NCBI GenBank assembly: GCA_050951845.1 | Contig: JBMNJV010000006.1 | Location: 295,565 to 359,564, forward strand | Direction: 5' to 3' | Source of the DNA: Saccharofermentanales bacterium | GTDB lineage: Bacteria > Bacillota > Clostridia > Saccharofermentanales > DTU023 | Length of the DNA stretch: 64,000 nt | Shown: in pieces, positions 1 to 10,608 of the stretch | Layout: each line of letters starts with the position of its first letter | Numbering within the stretch: the stretch's first letter is position 1 | The notes under the pieces: model-generated | Databases searched by the model: none | What the model was told of the DNA's origin: nothing | What the model saw: the letters and a program-made list of their open reading frames with translations, nothing else | Position numbers and translations under genes: made by a program

Positions 1-85
1 ATTAGCAAAATGCATGACTAATCCGATCAGAACTGCAACTATAATAATAATTGCACTGTATCGGATTATTTTTTGTTGTAAGAAA

Positions 86-319
86 TCATTCTTCAACAGT
101 TTCTCCTATGTTTTCGATTTTTTTATGAAAATCTTCATCTTCGCTGACTACCAGAATCGGCTTGGCAAAATCAAGGCCGAACAGACCGATAAAACTTTTT
201 GCATCTACGATGACTTTACCGTCTTCAGAGTGAAAACCGACGTCTTCTCTGGAAAGTGTTGCATAGTATTGAACTAATTGCAGTTCGTCAATTGACCTAA
301 AATACTTTTTCGTAATCAT
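86..319 (-). CDS. HPr-family phosphocarrier-like small protein
   Basis: 77 aa with the VDAKSxxGL motif (VDAKSFIGLFGLDF) typical of HPr-like proteins. Confidence 0.7.
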   Translation of the reverse strand: MITKKYFRSIDELQLVQYYATLSREDVGFHSEDGKVIVDAKSFIGLFGLDFAKPILVVSEDEDFHKKIENIGETVEE

Positions 320-605
320 AAAAATCTCCTTCTAATTTTTTTAATACTATTTCCATTACTCGTTATTTATGTTTAATACTTCTGCATTGTCCGTTAAGTT
401 AATGCTTCGGTATTAATTTCATAATCTTATTTTAACATAGTTAAGCACAGCAAGTTTGATTAGATGTTACAGCTTAATATTTTTTTGTCTAATTAGCACA
501 GCTAAATCTGATCAATATTGCTGATGCTTATGAACGTTTCACTTTAACTAAAAAATATGAGCATTATTATCGTGGTCACATATTAGCTGCAGATAGGTTT
601 ATTAA

Positions 606-1535
606 CTATATATTAGCTGCCGGGCCGGATTTATCCTTAATATATCTTCTCTGGAGTTCTTGAGCAAAAACTTCAGCAGCAGGCGATAAAGGCTTATTGC
701 TGTGGTACGCTAAATATAAATTGCGATTTAAGTATTTGCTGTCAGTGTTCTTGCCAAAAACCAGGATACCTTCTTCTCCGTCTAAATACGGGGCAGGTAC
801 CAAAGAAATGCCGAGACCGTTTTTAACAGCTTCGATAATACCCCGGATGTTTTGCATTGAAGCAATAATATTCAAATCACGTCTTTCTAAACCGATACTT
901 GAAATGTAGCGCATTAGATTCTGATATAAAACAGAGCCGTCTTTTGTCAGGATAAAACGGGAATTTTTCAAAAGCTCGACCAACCCGACCTCTTCTTCTT
1001 GCATTCCGATATACTTATTATTATTCGGTGTAATAAAGACATATTTGACATCAGCAATCGGCTCCAAGGTAATATTTCTTTTTTCAATGTCCGATTCCGC
1101 AATACCGATTTCAATACCTTGTTCTAAAATTGCTTCCGAGATATCTTGGTTGGAATAATTGGTAATTTTAAATGTTAAGTCTTCATGTTTTTTCGAAAAA
1201 TTACTGATAAATCCCGGTAAAAAACACTCTGACGGAAACTCTGTTACTCCTATTTGCAATGTTCCGGAAATGCTTGATGTTTCATGTTTAAGTTCTATCA
1301 ATGCTCTTTCTCTTAATTTGAGAATTTCTTTGGCATACTCATATAAAACTTTACCTGCATGTGACGGATAAATCTCTTTGGTAGATCTTACTACCAATTT
1401 TGTCCCGACTTCTCTTTCCAACGTCCGGATATGTGAACTGATGGTGGGTTGGGATAAATAGGTTGCCTCTGCAGCTTTACTAAAGCTCCCGAAATCAATG
1501 ACATTGACCAGTGCCTCTAATTGTTTGATTTGCAT
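606..1535 (-). CDS. LysR-family transcriptional regulator
   Basis: N-terminal HTH GSFSKAAEATYLSQPTISSHIRTLE followed by a LysR substrate-binding domain; 309 aa. Confidence 0.93.
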   Translation of the reverse strand: MQIKQLEALVNVIDFGSFSKAAEATYLSQPTISSHIRTLEREVGTKLVVRSTKEIYPSHAGKVLYEYAKEILKLRERALIELKHETSSISGTLQIGVTEFPSECFLPGFISNFSKKHEDLTFKITNYSNQDISEAILEQGIEIGIAESDIEKRNITLEPIADVKYVFITPNNNKYIGMQEEEVGLVELLKNSRFILTKDGSVLYQNLMRYISSIGLERRDLNIIASMQNIRGIIEAVKNGLGISLVPAPYLDGEEGILVFGKNTDSKYLNRNLYLAYHSNKPLSPAAEVFAQELQRRYIKDKSGPAANI

Positions 1536-1744
1536 ATACTTACCTCAATCTACAAATATTTTCGTACTCATGAAACAAACTTCCATGAGTCTTCATAACT
1601 TAAAATACTTTACCTTAATCCTCTCAATATTTAATTTTTTTTAATTTAATTATTAGCAATCGGGAACTTTATTTGTCTAATAATAAAAATAAAAAATATC
1701 AAATAAAAATACAGTGATAAATTATTATAAACTATTTTGATTGA

Positions 1745-4700
1745 TTATTGTATAAGCAAAATATTTAGCACACGCTTAAGATACTGTTTCGGATCCGCAG
1801 CACCTTTTTTCAACATCAAATACGGTTTTGCTCCCGCACTGAACAAAAGTTTACTTTTTGTTACGGGATTGTCTAATAATTTTACCATTTTTTGCGGGTT
1901 AAAATCACCTTCAGAAAAATAAAATAACAAATCTTCTTGAATCGCAGTAATTTTTTCTATGCCAAAACTTCCCCCGATTGATCTGATCAATGCTACATCA
2001 CATAAATTAATCACTTCTTGCGGCAAATCGCCATAACGATCCAGCAACTCATCAATAATATCCTGATAATCTTTTAGTTGCATGATACGGGATATTCTCA
2101 GATAAAAGTCAAGTCTCTGACCTTCGGAAACTATATAAGATTCAGGAATTCTCGCATCAATATTTAAATCAATCAGAGCGAATTTTGCTTGCTTGACTTC
2201 CGGCTCATTTTTCAGCTCGCGTACATTTTCCGCCAACATCTTACAATACAACTCATACCCGATTGCTTCCATATGACCATGTTGTTCGGCACCTAACAGA
2301 TTCCCCGCACCGCGCACCTCCAGATCACGCAAAGCTATTTTGAAACCTGAGCCTATTTCTGTGAAATCTCTGATTGCCGTTAAGCGTTTAGTCGCATCTT
2401 CATTTAAGATACGACCCGGATTATAAGTAATATAAGCATAGGCCTGACGTTCCGAACGACCGACTCTGCCTTTGATTTGATAGAGCTGTGCCAAACCCAG
2501 ACGATCAGCATCTTCTACAATGATTGTGTTGACATTCGGCATATCAAGACCGGATTCGATAATGGTCGTACATACGAAAACATCGAATTTTTTCGTCAAA
2601 AAATTCTCAACGACTGCTTCAAGCCGGCGTTCACTCATTTGGCCGTGGCCGTAATCCACTTTTAAACCCGGCAGGGCTTCACGTAATTGTTGAGATTTTT
2701 TATCGATTTTATGTGTATTATTATACAAATAAAAAACCTGACCGCCACGTGAAATTTCACGCAAAATAGCTTCTTCTATTGTATCCTGAGCAAATTCCAT
2801 CACATAAGTTTGAACCGATTTGCGATCGGACGGACCGTTTTCAAGAAAAGAAATATCCCGGATACCGGAAAGTGACATATGGAGAGTGCGCGGTATCGGA
2901 GTTGCGGTCATCGATAATACATCAACTTGCGGAAAACGTGCTTTGAGACTCTCTTTATGATTGACACCGAAACGTTGTTCTTCATCAATTACCAAAAGAC
3001 CCAGATTTGCAAATTTAACATCTTGCGATAAAATTCGATGTGTTCCGATAACAATGTCCACTTCTCCCGTTTTTAAGCCGCGCAGAGTTGTATTGCGCTC
3101 TTTTGCCGAAACAAAACGACTCAGCATTTTGACATTAATCGGAAAATCTTGAATTCGCTCAATAAGATTCTCATAATGCTGTTGAGCCAAAACCGTAGTC
3201 GGAACTAACATTACTGCCTGTTTACTGTCAAGTGCGGCTTTAAACATTGCTCTGAAGGCGATTTCCGTCTTACCGAAACCTACATCACCACATAAGAGAC
3301 GATCCATTACAAGCTCGGATTCCATATCCGCTTTGACTTCTTCTATTGCAAGAATTTGATCATCCGTTTCCGTATAAGGAAATCCTTCTTCGAATTGTGC
3401 CTGCCAAACTGTATCCGGTCCGAAATTGTGACCTTTAAGCTGCATTCTTGCGGCATGCAGAGTAATCAAATCTATTGCCAGTTTTTTGATCGAATCTCTT
3501 GCCCGTTTTTTGAGATTATGCCAGCTTTGTCCGTCAAGTTTGGACAACTTCGGTTTACCGCCGCCGGCTGAAACATATTTTTGAATCTGATCCAGCTGAT
3601 CTACTGAAATGTAAAGCTGATCCGTTCCGGCATAAGAAATATGTAAATAATCACTTTGTGTTCCGCCGGTTTCCAAGGTTTTCAGTCCGTTATAAATACC
3701 GATGCCGTGATTTTCATGGACTACATATTCACCGGGTTTCAAATCGGACAGAAAATCGATTGCCATGCCTTGTTTTTGTCTGCGCTGACGCTTTTTTTCA
3801 GTACCGAACAGATCATGCGTCCCGATTACATTTAAGCCGATTTCCTGCCAGAGAAAGCCTTTGCTTAAGCTAGCTTCAACTATATTAATTTCTAAATCGT
3901 ATTCTTGAGCCAATAGGTCTAAACGCTGTACTCCGGATTCACTGCCCGCAAAAATTATTACCGCTGCCTGAGTTTCTTTCCAATGGCGTAAATCATCAAG
4001 AAGATCGCTCTCTCTTAAACGATAGTTGTCACTTGATTTAGTTACCAAAGAAATTTTCTCAGCTCCGGAAATCCCGTTGCCGGAAGAATCGATTCGGGCA
4101 AAACTGACAGCACCGCAATCAGTGATACCTTGCCAGGCAGCCGCCGCAGTCAATCTGATTTTTTCGGTGCCGCTGACTACTTGAGCTTTCTCCAAATAGG
4201 CACCGATTCGTTGATGTAAATCGACTTGGCCGGCATCAAGTCTTTTTTGAATTTGACTGATCTCATCTAAGGCAATCAATTTCTGCCCGGACTTTGCCAA
4301 TTCCAACAAAGAATTTTTTTCGGTATCCAATAAAAAAAACCAACGATCCAAAGCCGGGAAATAGATGCCTTGCTCCACACGTTCCGCATCACGTTTGCCT
4401 AAACGGACAAAAGCTTCTGCCAAATCCGGGTCCGCTCCCTGACGAGAGGCTGTTTCCATCTGATGCCTGGAAGTTTGTCTGATCCGTTCGGAGAAATTTG
4501 TAATCTGATCGGGTGCTAAAAGCCATTCCCGAGCGGGCGGAATTTGCACTTGTGTCAACTTTCCGATTGAGCGTTGATTATCCGGATCAAATTCCCGCAA
4601 ATCTTCCAATTCATTGTCAAAGAAAGAAAGACGAATACATTGAACTTCCGTTGCATAACCGGGAACGGAAATTCCGACATCCAGCAAATCTCCTCGTACT

Positions 4701-5239
4701 GCATATTGTCCTGCCGATTCAACTTGCCCGACTTTTTCATAACCCGTTTTCTGCAATTTGGTTTGAACTGCTGAGAAATCATAAGTTTCACCATACGAAA
4801 AAATCAAGCTGTTCTCTTGAAAATACTTTGCAGTCGGATACCAATCAGCCATCGCCGAGGCAACGGCTATTAATAAACATGGCTCACCACATAGCCATTG
4901 CTGTAAAACAGCACATCTCTGTAATTCAATTTCACGGCTTGAAGCTAACACATCGGTAAAGACTAATTCTCTGACCGGCAATATATATGCAGGAAAATTA
5001 CTCATGGCTTGCCAATAATTCAGTAAAGCCGTTGCTCTCAACTGATCAGGCACAATCAACAATGCAGATTGATTATGACAAAGCAATCCTAATAAGGCTA
5101 CTTGGGCAGACTCGTTCAGACCGACTACTTGAAAGGATTTTCTGTTCAGATCACGGAGAATCTTTTTGACATTTTTATCTTGCTCAAGTTTTTGGTAGAT
5201 AAGTTTCGATATTTCCGATCGTGTCTTTAGCCGAGACAA
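1745..5239 (-). CDS. mfd: Transcription-repair coupling factor
   Basis: 1164 aa; CarD-like VVHENHGIG, helicase motifs GDVGFGKTE, DEEQRFG, TATPIPRTL, QIKGRVGRS, and a C-terminal TRCF domain; TTG start. Confidence 0.98.
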   Translation of the reverse strand: MSRLKTRSEISKLIYQKLEQDKNVKKILRDLNRKSFQVVGLNESAQVALLGLLCHNQSALLIVPDQLRATALLNYWQAMSNFPAYILPVRELVFTDVLASSREIELQRCAVLQQWLCGEPCLLIAVASAMADWYPTAKYFQENSLIFSYGETYDFSAVQTKLQKTGYEKVGQVESAGQYAVRGDLLDVGISVPGYATEVQCIRLSFFDNELEDLREFDPDNQRSIGKLTQVQIPPAREWLLAPDQITNFSERIRQTSRHQMETASRQGADPDLAEAFVRLGKRDAERVEQGIYFPALDRWFFLLDTEKNSLLELAKSGQKLIALDEISQIQKRLDAGQVDLHQRIGAYLEKAQVVSGTEKIRLTAAAAWQGITDCGAVSFARIDSSGNGISGAEKISLVTKSSDNYRLRESDLLDDLRHWKETQAAVIIFAGSESGVQRLDLLAQEYDLEINIVEASLSKGFLWQEIGLNVIGTHDLFGTEKKRQRRQKQGMAIDFLSDLKPGEYVVHENHGIGIYNGLKTLETGGTQSDYLHISYAGTDQLYISVDQLDQIQKYVSAGGGKPKLSKLDGQSWHNLKKRARDSIKKLAIDLITLHAARMQLKGHNFGPDTVWQAQFEEGFPYTETDDQILAIEEVKADMESELVMDRLLCGDVGFGKTEIAFRAMFKAALDSKQAVMLVPTTVLAQQHYENLIERIQDFPINVKMLSRFVSAKERNTTLRGLKTGEVDIVIGTHRILSQDVKFANLGLLVIDEEQRFGVNHKESLKARFPQVDVLSMTATPIPRTLHMSLSGIRDISFLENGPSDRKSVQTYVMEFAQDTIEEAILREISRGGQVFYLYNNTHKIDKKSQQLREALPGLKVDYGHGQMSERRLEAVVENFLTKKFDVFVCTTIIESGLDMPNVNTIIVEDADRLGLAQLYQIKGRVGRSERQAYAYITYNPGRILNEDATKRLTAIRDFTEIGSGFKIALRDLEVRGAGNLLGAEQHGHMEAIGYELYCKMLAENVRELKNEPEVKQAKFALIDLNIDARIPESYIVSEGQRLDFYLRISRIMQLKDYQDIIDELLDRYGDLPQEVINLCDVALIRSIGGSFGIEKITAIQEDLLFYFSEGDFNPQKMVKLLDNPVTKSKLLFSAGAKPYLMLKKGAADPKQYLKRVLNILLIQ

Positions 5240-5285
5240 TTAACTAGCTCCAATCCGTTATTTTTATATTTGTTGGTTTGGAAAT

Positions 5286-5858
5286 TCAAATTCCGTTCAA
5301 ACGATTCATTGCCAGATCAAGATTATCTTTCAATATTATTTCCACAGCATCCGCTGCTTTATTCAAGGCATCAAATAAAATCTTTTGCTGATCCGCCGGT
5401 ACATTACTCATAACATGCTGAATAATGTCGATATTCTCCGGTTGCGGACCGATACCTACCCGGATGCGCGGAAATTGGTCCGAATTCAAATGTTGAATGA
5501 CCGAACGCAAACCGTTGTGCGAACCGGCACTGCCCCAAGGCCGGATTCTTATTTTACCGATTTCAATATCGATATCATCGTAAATTACCAAAAGATTCGT
5601 CAGAGGAATTTTATAAAAATCAACTGCCGCCCGGATACTCTCGCCGCTTCGATTCATATAGGTAGACGGTTGAATAAATAATACTTTTTTTCCGGCAAAA
5701 TTTATTTCAGCAGTTAATGCTTTGAATTTTATTTTTTTCAGAGAAAAATCATGGCGTTGGGCTAAGATTTCCAAAACCATAAAGCCGCAATTATGATATG
5801 TTCTTGAATATTTAGGTCCGGGATTACCCAAACCGGCAACAATTATCGGTTGATTCAT
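5286..5858 (-). CDS. pth: Peptidyl-tRNA hydrolase
   Basis: GLGNPG...HNCGF, STYMNRSG, YDDID, GSHNGLRS motifs; usual position next to mfd. Confidence 0.97.
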   Translation of the reverse strand: MNQPIIVAGLGNPGPKYSRTYHNCGFMVLEILAQRHDFSLKKIKFKALTAEINFAGKKVLFIQPSTYMNRSGESIRAAVDFYKIPLTNLLVIYDDIDIEIGKIRIRPWGSAGSHNGLRSVIQHLNSDQFPRIRVGIGPQPENIDIIQHVMSNVPADQQKILFDALNKAADAVEIILKDNLDLAMNRLNGI

Positions 5859-6650
5859 TTATATCTGCATCCAGTCTGAATTCGAGTAACGTCGGGCAAC
5901 TTGTAAGACATAATCTTTATCTTTTACTGCACCGATATTATCCAGGCTTTGAACTGCAGTCAGTTCAGCAAGCGAAGGATGATTATTTTCTTCACTCAAA
6001 TGAGCAAGAACAATTTGTTCCGTTCCGGTCTTCACTAAATTAGATAAAGTTTCACCACATTGTTCGTTCGATAAATGACCGTGACCGTTACTAATTCTGT
6101 CTTTCAAAATTCGGGGATACGGTCCGTTCTTAAGCAACTGAGAATCATAATTAGATTCTAAAATAATCAAGCGGGAATCTGTAATCTTATTTAAGATCGC
6201 CTGATCGACAGAGCCGATATCGGTACATACGGTTATATCACCGCGGGATGTCGCAAAGCGAAAAGCCAATGTTTCGGCCGCATCATGCGGCACTTGAAAA
6301 GATGTTACTAGCTGATCTTTGATCAGAAACTTATCTTCCGGTTGAATAATATTAATTAAATTATAATCAAACTTTCCTATACGATCTGAAATCAGTTCCA
6401 AAGTTTTTTTCGTAATATAAAACGGAATTTTGTATTTTCGTAAGATCACACCTAAGCCTGATACATGGTCACTATGTTCATGAGTAATCAGAATACCGTC
6501 AATGTCCAAAGGCGATTCTCCGGCAAGAGCTAAAGCACCGGTGAATGTTTTGCCGTTAATGCCGCAATCGACAATTAATCTGGTTTCTCCGTTACGAACC
6601 AGGGTGCAATTTCCGGAGCTGCCCGATCTTAATGCTACCGAACCTATCAT
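5859..6650 (-). CDS. walJ: MBL-fold metallo-hydrolase, YycJ/WalJ type
   Basis: SGSSGN, THEHSDH, HDA, ESNYD, GHLSN, HLSEENN motifs; in the walRK cluster. Confidence 0.9.
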   Translation of the reverse strand: MIGSVALRSGSSGNCTLVRNGETRLIVDCGINGKTFTGALALAGESPLDIDGILITHEHSDHVSGLGVILRKYKIPFYITKKTLELISDRIGKFDYNLINIIQPEDKFLIKDQLVTSFQVPHDAAETLAFRFATSRGDITVCTDIGSVDQAILNKITDSRLIILESNYDSQLLKNGPYPRILKDRISNGHGHLSNEQCGETLSNLVKTGTEQIVLAHLSEENNHPSLAELTAVQSLDNIGAVKDKDYVLQVARRYSNSDWMQI

Positions 6651-6670
6651 CTTTCCAAATTACCCGATAT

Positions 6671-7933
6671 TTATTCTTCTCTGATGTCCGCACCGATTGC
6701 CAAGAGTTTTTTGACAAAATTTTCATAACCGCGTTCAATCGCATAGACATTGGTAACTTTCGTTTCACCTTCCGCACCTAAACCGGCGGTAACCATTGCG
6801 GCACCTGCCCGCAAATCTCTGGCATAAACTGTTGAACCGTGAAGCTCCGAGCCTTGAATTACGGCTAACCTGCCGGATATCACGATATTAGCACCCATCG
6901 CCTGCAACTCTTTAATATACTGAAAACGATTTTCCCACACGCTTTCGATCATACGGCCGGTACCGCCGGCAACTGTCAACAATGTTGTGGTTTGCGGTTG
7001 TAAATCGGTCGGGAACCCAGGATAAGGCATCGTCTTAAAACTGACAGCTTTCAGTTTTTCGTGCGGCAAGAGCATAACCCGAATCGAATCCGCACCTTCT
7101 TCAACCATCGCTCCCATCTCAATTAATTTTGCAGTCAACGGCTCCATATGTTTGGGAATCAGATTAGTACAAGTTATATCACCATGGGTCATCGCTGCCA
7201 TAATCATATAAGTTCCGGCTTCAATCTGATCCGGGATAATCGTATAAGAACGGTTTGCCGGCAAATATGGTTTACCGGTAATTTTAATCACATCAGTACC
7301 TGCTCCGCGAATATCTGCTCCCATCGTATTGAGAAAGTTAGCTACGTCAACAATATGCGGTTCTTTCGCCGCATTGTTGATTACTGTAACACCTTCCGCT
7401 TTAACTGCTGCCAACATTATATTAATCGTTGCACCTACACTCACCGTATCTAAAAAGACACCTGCACCTCTAAGTCGTCCCGCTTCGATTGAAACAACTC
7501 CGTCTTCTTCGACCAGTTCATCACCGCCTAAAGCCTGAAAGCCTTTAATGTGCAAATCGATCGGTCTTGCACCGAAATCACATCCGCCCGGCATTAACAA
7601 ACTGACTTTACGATATTTTCCTAAAAAAGCTCCGAGCAAATAATAAGAACCGCGAATTTTCGAAACTTTTTTACTGGTTGCCTGATAAGTAGTTACGGTT
7701 GTCGGATCAAACCGAATCGAATTTTCACTGAGCCATTCGATTCCGGCACCCAGATCTTGACATATTTCCAGCAATATTTTGATGTCCTTAATTTTCGGTA
7801 AATTTTCAATTATACTGGGACCGTCAACAACCATAGCAGCGGCAATTATTCCCAATGCCGCATTCTTCGAACCGCTGATTTGCACTTCACCCTGTAAAGG
7901 ATTTTTGCCTTGTATAATATAGTTATTAGCCAA
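6671..7933 (-). CDS. murA: UDP-N-acetylglucosamine 1-carboxyvinyltransferase
   Basis: SGSKNAAL, MPGGCDFGARPIDLH, PYPGFPTDLQP, DLRAGAA, RGYE motifs. Confidence 0.97.
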   Translation of the reverse strand: MANNYIIQGKNPLQGEVQISGSKNAALGIIAAAMVVDGPSIIENLPKIKDIKILLEICQDLGAGIEWLSENSIRFDPTTVTTYQATSKKVSKIRGSYYLLGAFLGKYRKVSLLMPGGCDFGARPIDLHIKGFQALGGDELVEEDGVVSIEAGRLRGAGVFLDTVSVGATINIMLAAVKAEGVTVINNAAKEPHIVDVANFLNTMGADIRGAGTDVIKITGKPYLPANRSYTIIPDQIEAGTYMIMAAMTHGDITCTNLIPKHMEPLTAKLIEMGAMVEEGADSIRVMLLPHEKLKAVSFKTMPYPGFPTDLQPQTTTLLTVAGGTGRMIESVWENRFQYIKELQAMGANIVISGRLAVIQGSELHGSTVYARDLRAGAAMVTAGLGAEGETKVTNVYAIERGYENFVKKLLAIGADIREE

Positions 7934-8005
7934 TTTATTTCCTCATTTTCTTTATCAAAAAAAATCTTTTAATTTAATCATTTAAATAATATATTGTATA
8001 GAGTA

Positions 8006-9349
8006 TCAGAAAATCGGTTCCGATACATCTATCGCATTAAACAAAGCATCTATTTCTCTTTGTTGCAAACTTTTCCATTTTGCCATAATTCCCAGCTTTT
8101 CCGCAAGTATATTCAAATCGGCTTCAGCGGCTTTAGTTACATTATGACTGCATAAACCGTTTTCCGTTAATTCATATAGTGCTCTTCGCATGGTTTTTTT
8201 AACACCGGGTAAGGTCACCGTAAAATCACTGCCTTCACCGATTTCACTTTTCAAATCTATCTGTCCTAAATGTAAATCGACCAATTCTTTAACTATTGCC
8301 AGACCCAATCCTGTTCCCCCATAAGCTCTCGATCCGGTTGAATCTACTCGATAAAAGCGCCGGAAAATTCTGTCCTGAGACGCTGACGGTATGCCGATTC
8401 CGTTATCTCTCACTCTGAAATAAACATCATCGACTAATGTGCCGGCATAAACTTTTATTTCACCGTATTCCTGAGTGTATTTTATCGCGTTGTTCACCAA
8501 ATTAAGAATGATACGTTCCAATGCGGAGCGGTCAGCATAAGCAATCGGTTTATCCGATACGGTAAAAGATGAGAATTTAATATGTTTTTTATCTGCTTCC
8601 GGATATAGTCTTTCCAGACAGGAACGGACAATAGGCAATAACTCAATCTTTTCAATTCTGGTATAAATTGCATTGCCGTCAATGCGCGAAAGTAAAAGCA
8701 GATCATCAATCAAAGTCTCCATGCGTAAGGATCCGTCATATAGTTTGCTGATATCCTTTTTGACCGACTCACGGGATTTCTCATCAATGCCCCAGTCCAA
8801 AAGTGATTCGCTGTAAGTTTTAATCGTAGTCAAAGGAGTTTTTAACTCATGCGAAACATTGGCAACAAATTCTTTGCGCTGTTGTTCTTCCCTTACCTGT
8901 TGCGTTATATCCTGAATTACAATAATGTGACCGGCATTTTTATCGCGGAACAACTCTCTTTTTTGTACAGATAAGCGATATGATCTGTCATTGTAGATGT
9001 AATTAATTTCTACTTGTTGTTTATCCAAAAGAAAACCGGAACGAATTTTTTGATCCACATCATATTTGTCCAAAAAATCTGCATAATAATGCGGGATTTC
9101 CTCGATCATCTGACCTGATGCCTGATTGTTCAATAATAATATTCCGTCACTGCTATATGCGATAACTCCTAAATTCAAAGATGCCAGGACTGTTTGTGAT
9201 TCATTCTGTTTATGGGCAACATGTTCCAGCATATCATGTACTGCACGGTCTTCCGCTTTTTTACGCCTCAAAAAATAAGACCGTGCAAAAAGGGCACAGC
9301 CTCCACTCGTAATTATGAACGTTAATAATACAGCAATAATAGTTTCCAC
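8006..9349 (-). CDS. walK: Sensor histidine kinase, WalK/VicK-like with a single N-terminal TM segment
   Basis: H-box FVANVSHELKTPLT, N-box NLVNNAIKYT, G-boxes DNGIGIP and GGTGLGLAI; adjacent to a WalR-like regulator and walJ. Confidence 0.85.
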   Translation of the reverse strand: METIIAVLLTFIITSGGCALFARSYFLRRKKAEDRAVHDMLEHVAHKQNESQTVLASLNLGVIAYSSDGILLLNNQASGQMIEEIPHYYADFLDKYDVDQKIRSGFLLDKQQVEINYIYNDRSYRLSVQKRELFRDKNAGHIIVIQDITQQVREEQQRKEFVANVSHELKTPLTTIKTYSESLLDWGIDEKSRESVKKDISKLYDGSLRMETLIDDLLLLSRIDGNAIYTRIEKIELLPIVRSCLERLYPEADKKHIKFSSFTVSDKPIAYADRSALERIILNLVNNAIKYTQEYGEIKVYAGTLVDDVYFRVRDNGIGIPSASQDRIFRRFYRVDSTGSRAYGGTGLGLAIVKELVDLHLGQIDLKSEIGEGSDFTVTLPGVKKTMRRALYELTENGLCSHNVTKAAEADLNILAEKLGIMAKWKSLQQREIDALFNAIDVSEPIF

Positions 9350-9445
9350 AAAAATAACCGAAATTAAATTACAAAAAATTATTGTTTTTCAACTTCACCC
9401 TAGATATTTCGAAATAATAATCTGCAAAAAGCATCTGTTTAAAGA

Positions 9446-10153
9446 TTATTGTTTTTCGGCGTCACGATTGAAATAGTAACCTACTCCTCGTTTGGTCAGG
9501 ATATACTTATAATTCTCCTGATCCGGTTCCAGTTTTTCACGAGTCCTTCTTATCGTAACATCAACGGTTCTCACATCACCGAAATATTCATAGCCCCAGA
9601 CTTTTTCCAATAATGTTTCGCGCGAGAATACCTGACCTGCATTGCGTGCTAAGAATAATACCAATTCATATTCTCGCAATGTAAGATTGATCGGTTCATC
9701 ATTCATCAAAATTTCATAAGCTTTTTGATTGATTTTCAAGTCACCATATTCAATGATATCGGAAGTATCCTGCGGTCCGGCTTCGGTAATATGACTTCTG
9801 CGCAGCAGCGCTTTTACTCTTGCCATAACTTCACGCATGCTGAACGGCTTGACAATATAATCATCAGCACCTAATTCCAAACCGAGCACTTTATCTATTT
9901 CTTCCGATTTTGCAGTAAGCATGATAATCGGAACTAAAGTTTCCTGTCTGAGTTTACGGCAAACATCAAAGCCATCCATTTGCGGCAACATACAATCCAG
10001 TAAAATCAAGTCAGGATCATCAGACAAAGCAAGTTCCAAAGCGGTTTTTCCGTCGTATGCCGCGATAGTTTCATATCCTTCACGTTCCAAGTTCTCTCGC
10101 AGAATTTCCACAATATTTTGCTCATCGTCAACAACTAAAATTTTTGCAGACAT
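9446..10153 (-). CDS. walR: OmpR-family response regulator, WalR/YycF type (copy 1, next to the kinase)
   Basis: Receiver (VVDDE, LLD, KPF) plus wHTH with VWGYEYFGDVRTVDVTIRR, characteristic of YycF. Confidence 0.9.
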   Translation of the reverse strand: MSAKILVVDDEQNIVEILRENLEREGYETIAAYDGKTALELALSDDPDLILLDCMLPQMDGFDVCRKLRQETLVPIIMLTAKSEEIDKVLGLELGADDYIVKPFSMREVMARVKALLRRSHITEAGPQDTSDIIEYGDLKINQKAYEILMNDEPINLTLREYELVLFLARNAGQVFSRETLLEKVWGYEYFGDVRTVDVTIRRTREKLEPDQENYKYILTKRGVGYYFNRDAEKQ

Positions 10154-10228
10154 CTTATGGGCTCACTTCCTTTTTTGTTTTATTCATTATAGCATAACTG
10201 AAATTTCACCGTTACAAAATTGTAATAA

Positions 10229-10312
10229 TTATTCAGTCATTGGAGTGCCGGTTTGTTTGGCAATAATCAAATCTAAGGTGCGCCATGCTAAAACTGCGCA
10301 GCGAACTCTCTG
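10229..10312 (-). pseudogene. sufU: 3' fragment of sufU (…RVRCAVLAWRTLDLIIAKQTGTPMTE*)
   Basis: Matches the last ~85 bp of the intact sufU at 14524-14607 and then breaks off. Confidence 0.9.
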
Positions 10313-10363
10313 CCTTTGCAAATTCTTATATCCGGACAATGTCTGAATCATCTCAGTCCCATC
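10313..10363. repeat. 51-bp copy of the sufD-sufS intergenic segment at 16878-16928
   Basis: cctttgca(a/g)attcttatatccggacaatgtctgaatcatctcagtc(c/t)catc is present at both positions with 2 mismatches. Confidence 0.93.
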
Positions 10364-10371
10364 ATTTATGG

Positions 10372-10457
10372 ATTAATTGGAATAACTCAAACGGATTAAG
10401 ACAAAGTTAAACGGAATGTCTCCTGTTGAGTACAGATTACATTCCGTTAATAATTAG
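10372..10457 (+). mobile_element. IS3/IS150-family transposase C-terminal relic
   Basis: Frameshifted INW-NN-KRIKTKLNGMSPVEYRLHSVNN*, matching the IS3-family C-terminal YNNxRIKxKLxGxSPVxYR signature; aagtccaactttttg at ~10530 resembles an IS3 terminal repeat. Confidence 0.75.
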
Positions 10458-10608
10458 TTAAATTGATTTACGTGTTTATAGGTTCACTATGTGTTTATAG
10501 GTTCACTATAACGCTAATACACTATTATTAAGTCCAACTTTTTGCATTTTCATCAAAAGCAATATTCAGCTCCCCTCTTCATTGCTTATTTTAGCAGTCA
10601 GTTTTCTG

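Larger units (their letters stand above)
9424..10312. repeat. Left copy of a ~0.89-kb direct repeat (walR, upstream intergenic region, 3' end of sufU); right copy ~13718-14607
   Basis: Near-identical sequence at offset 4295 (9446 vs 13741). Confidence 0.95.

Noticed and set aside
360-620. Structured RNA or operator between LysR and the HPr-like gene
   Set aside because: Only short imperfect repeats (gcacagc, tattagctgc) and one weak hairpin in AT-rich DNA; no recognisable RNA family
14-9000. Short overlapping ORFs within HPr, LysR, mfd, pth and murA
   Set aside because: Opposite-strand or alternate-frame ORFs inside well-supported genes, with no motifs
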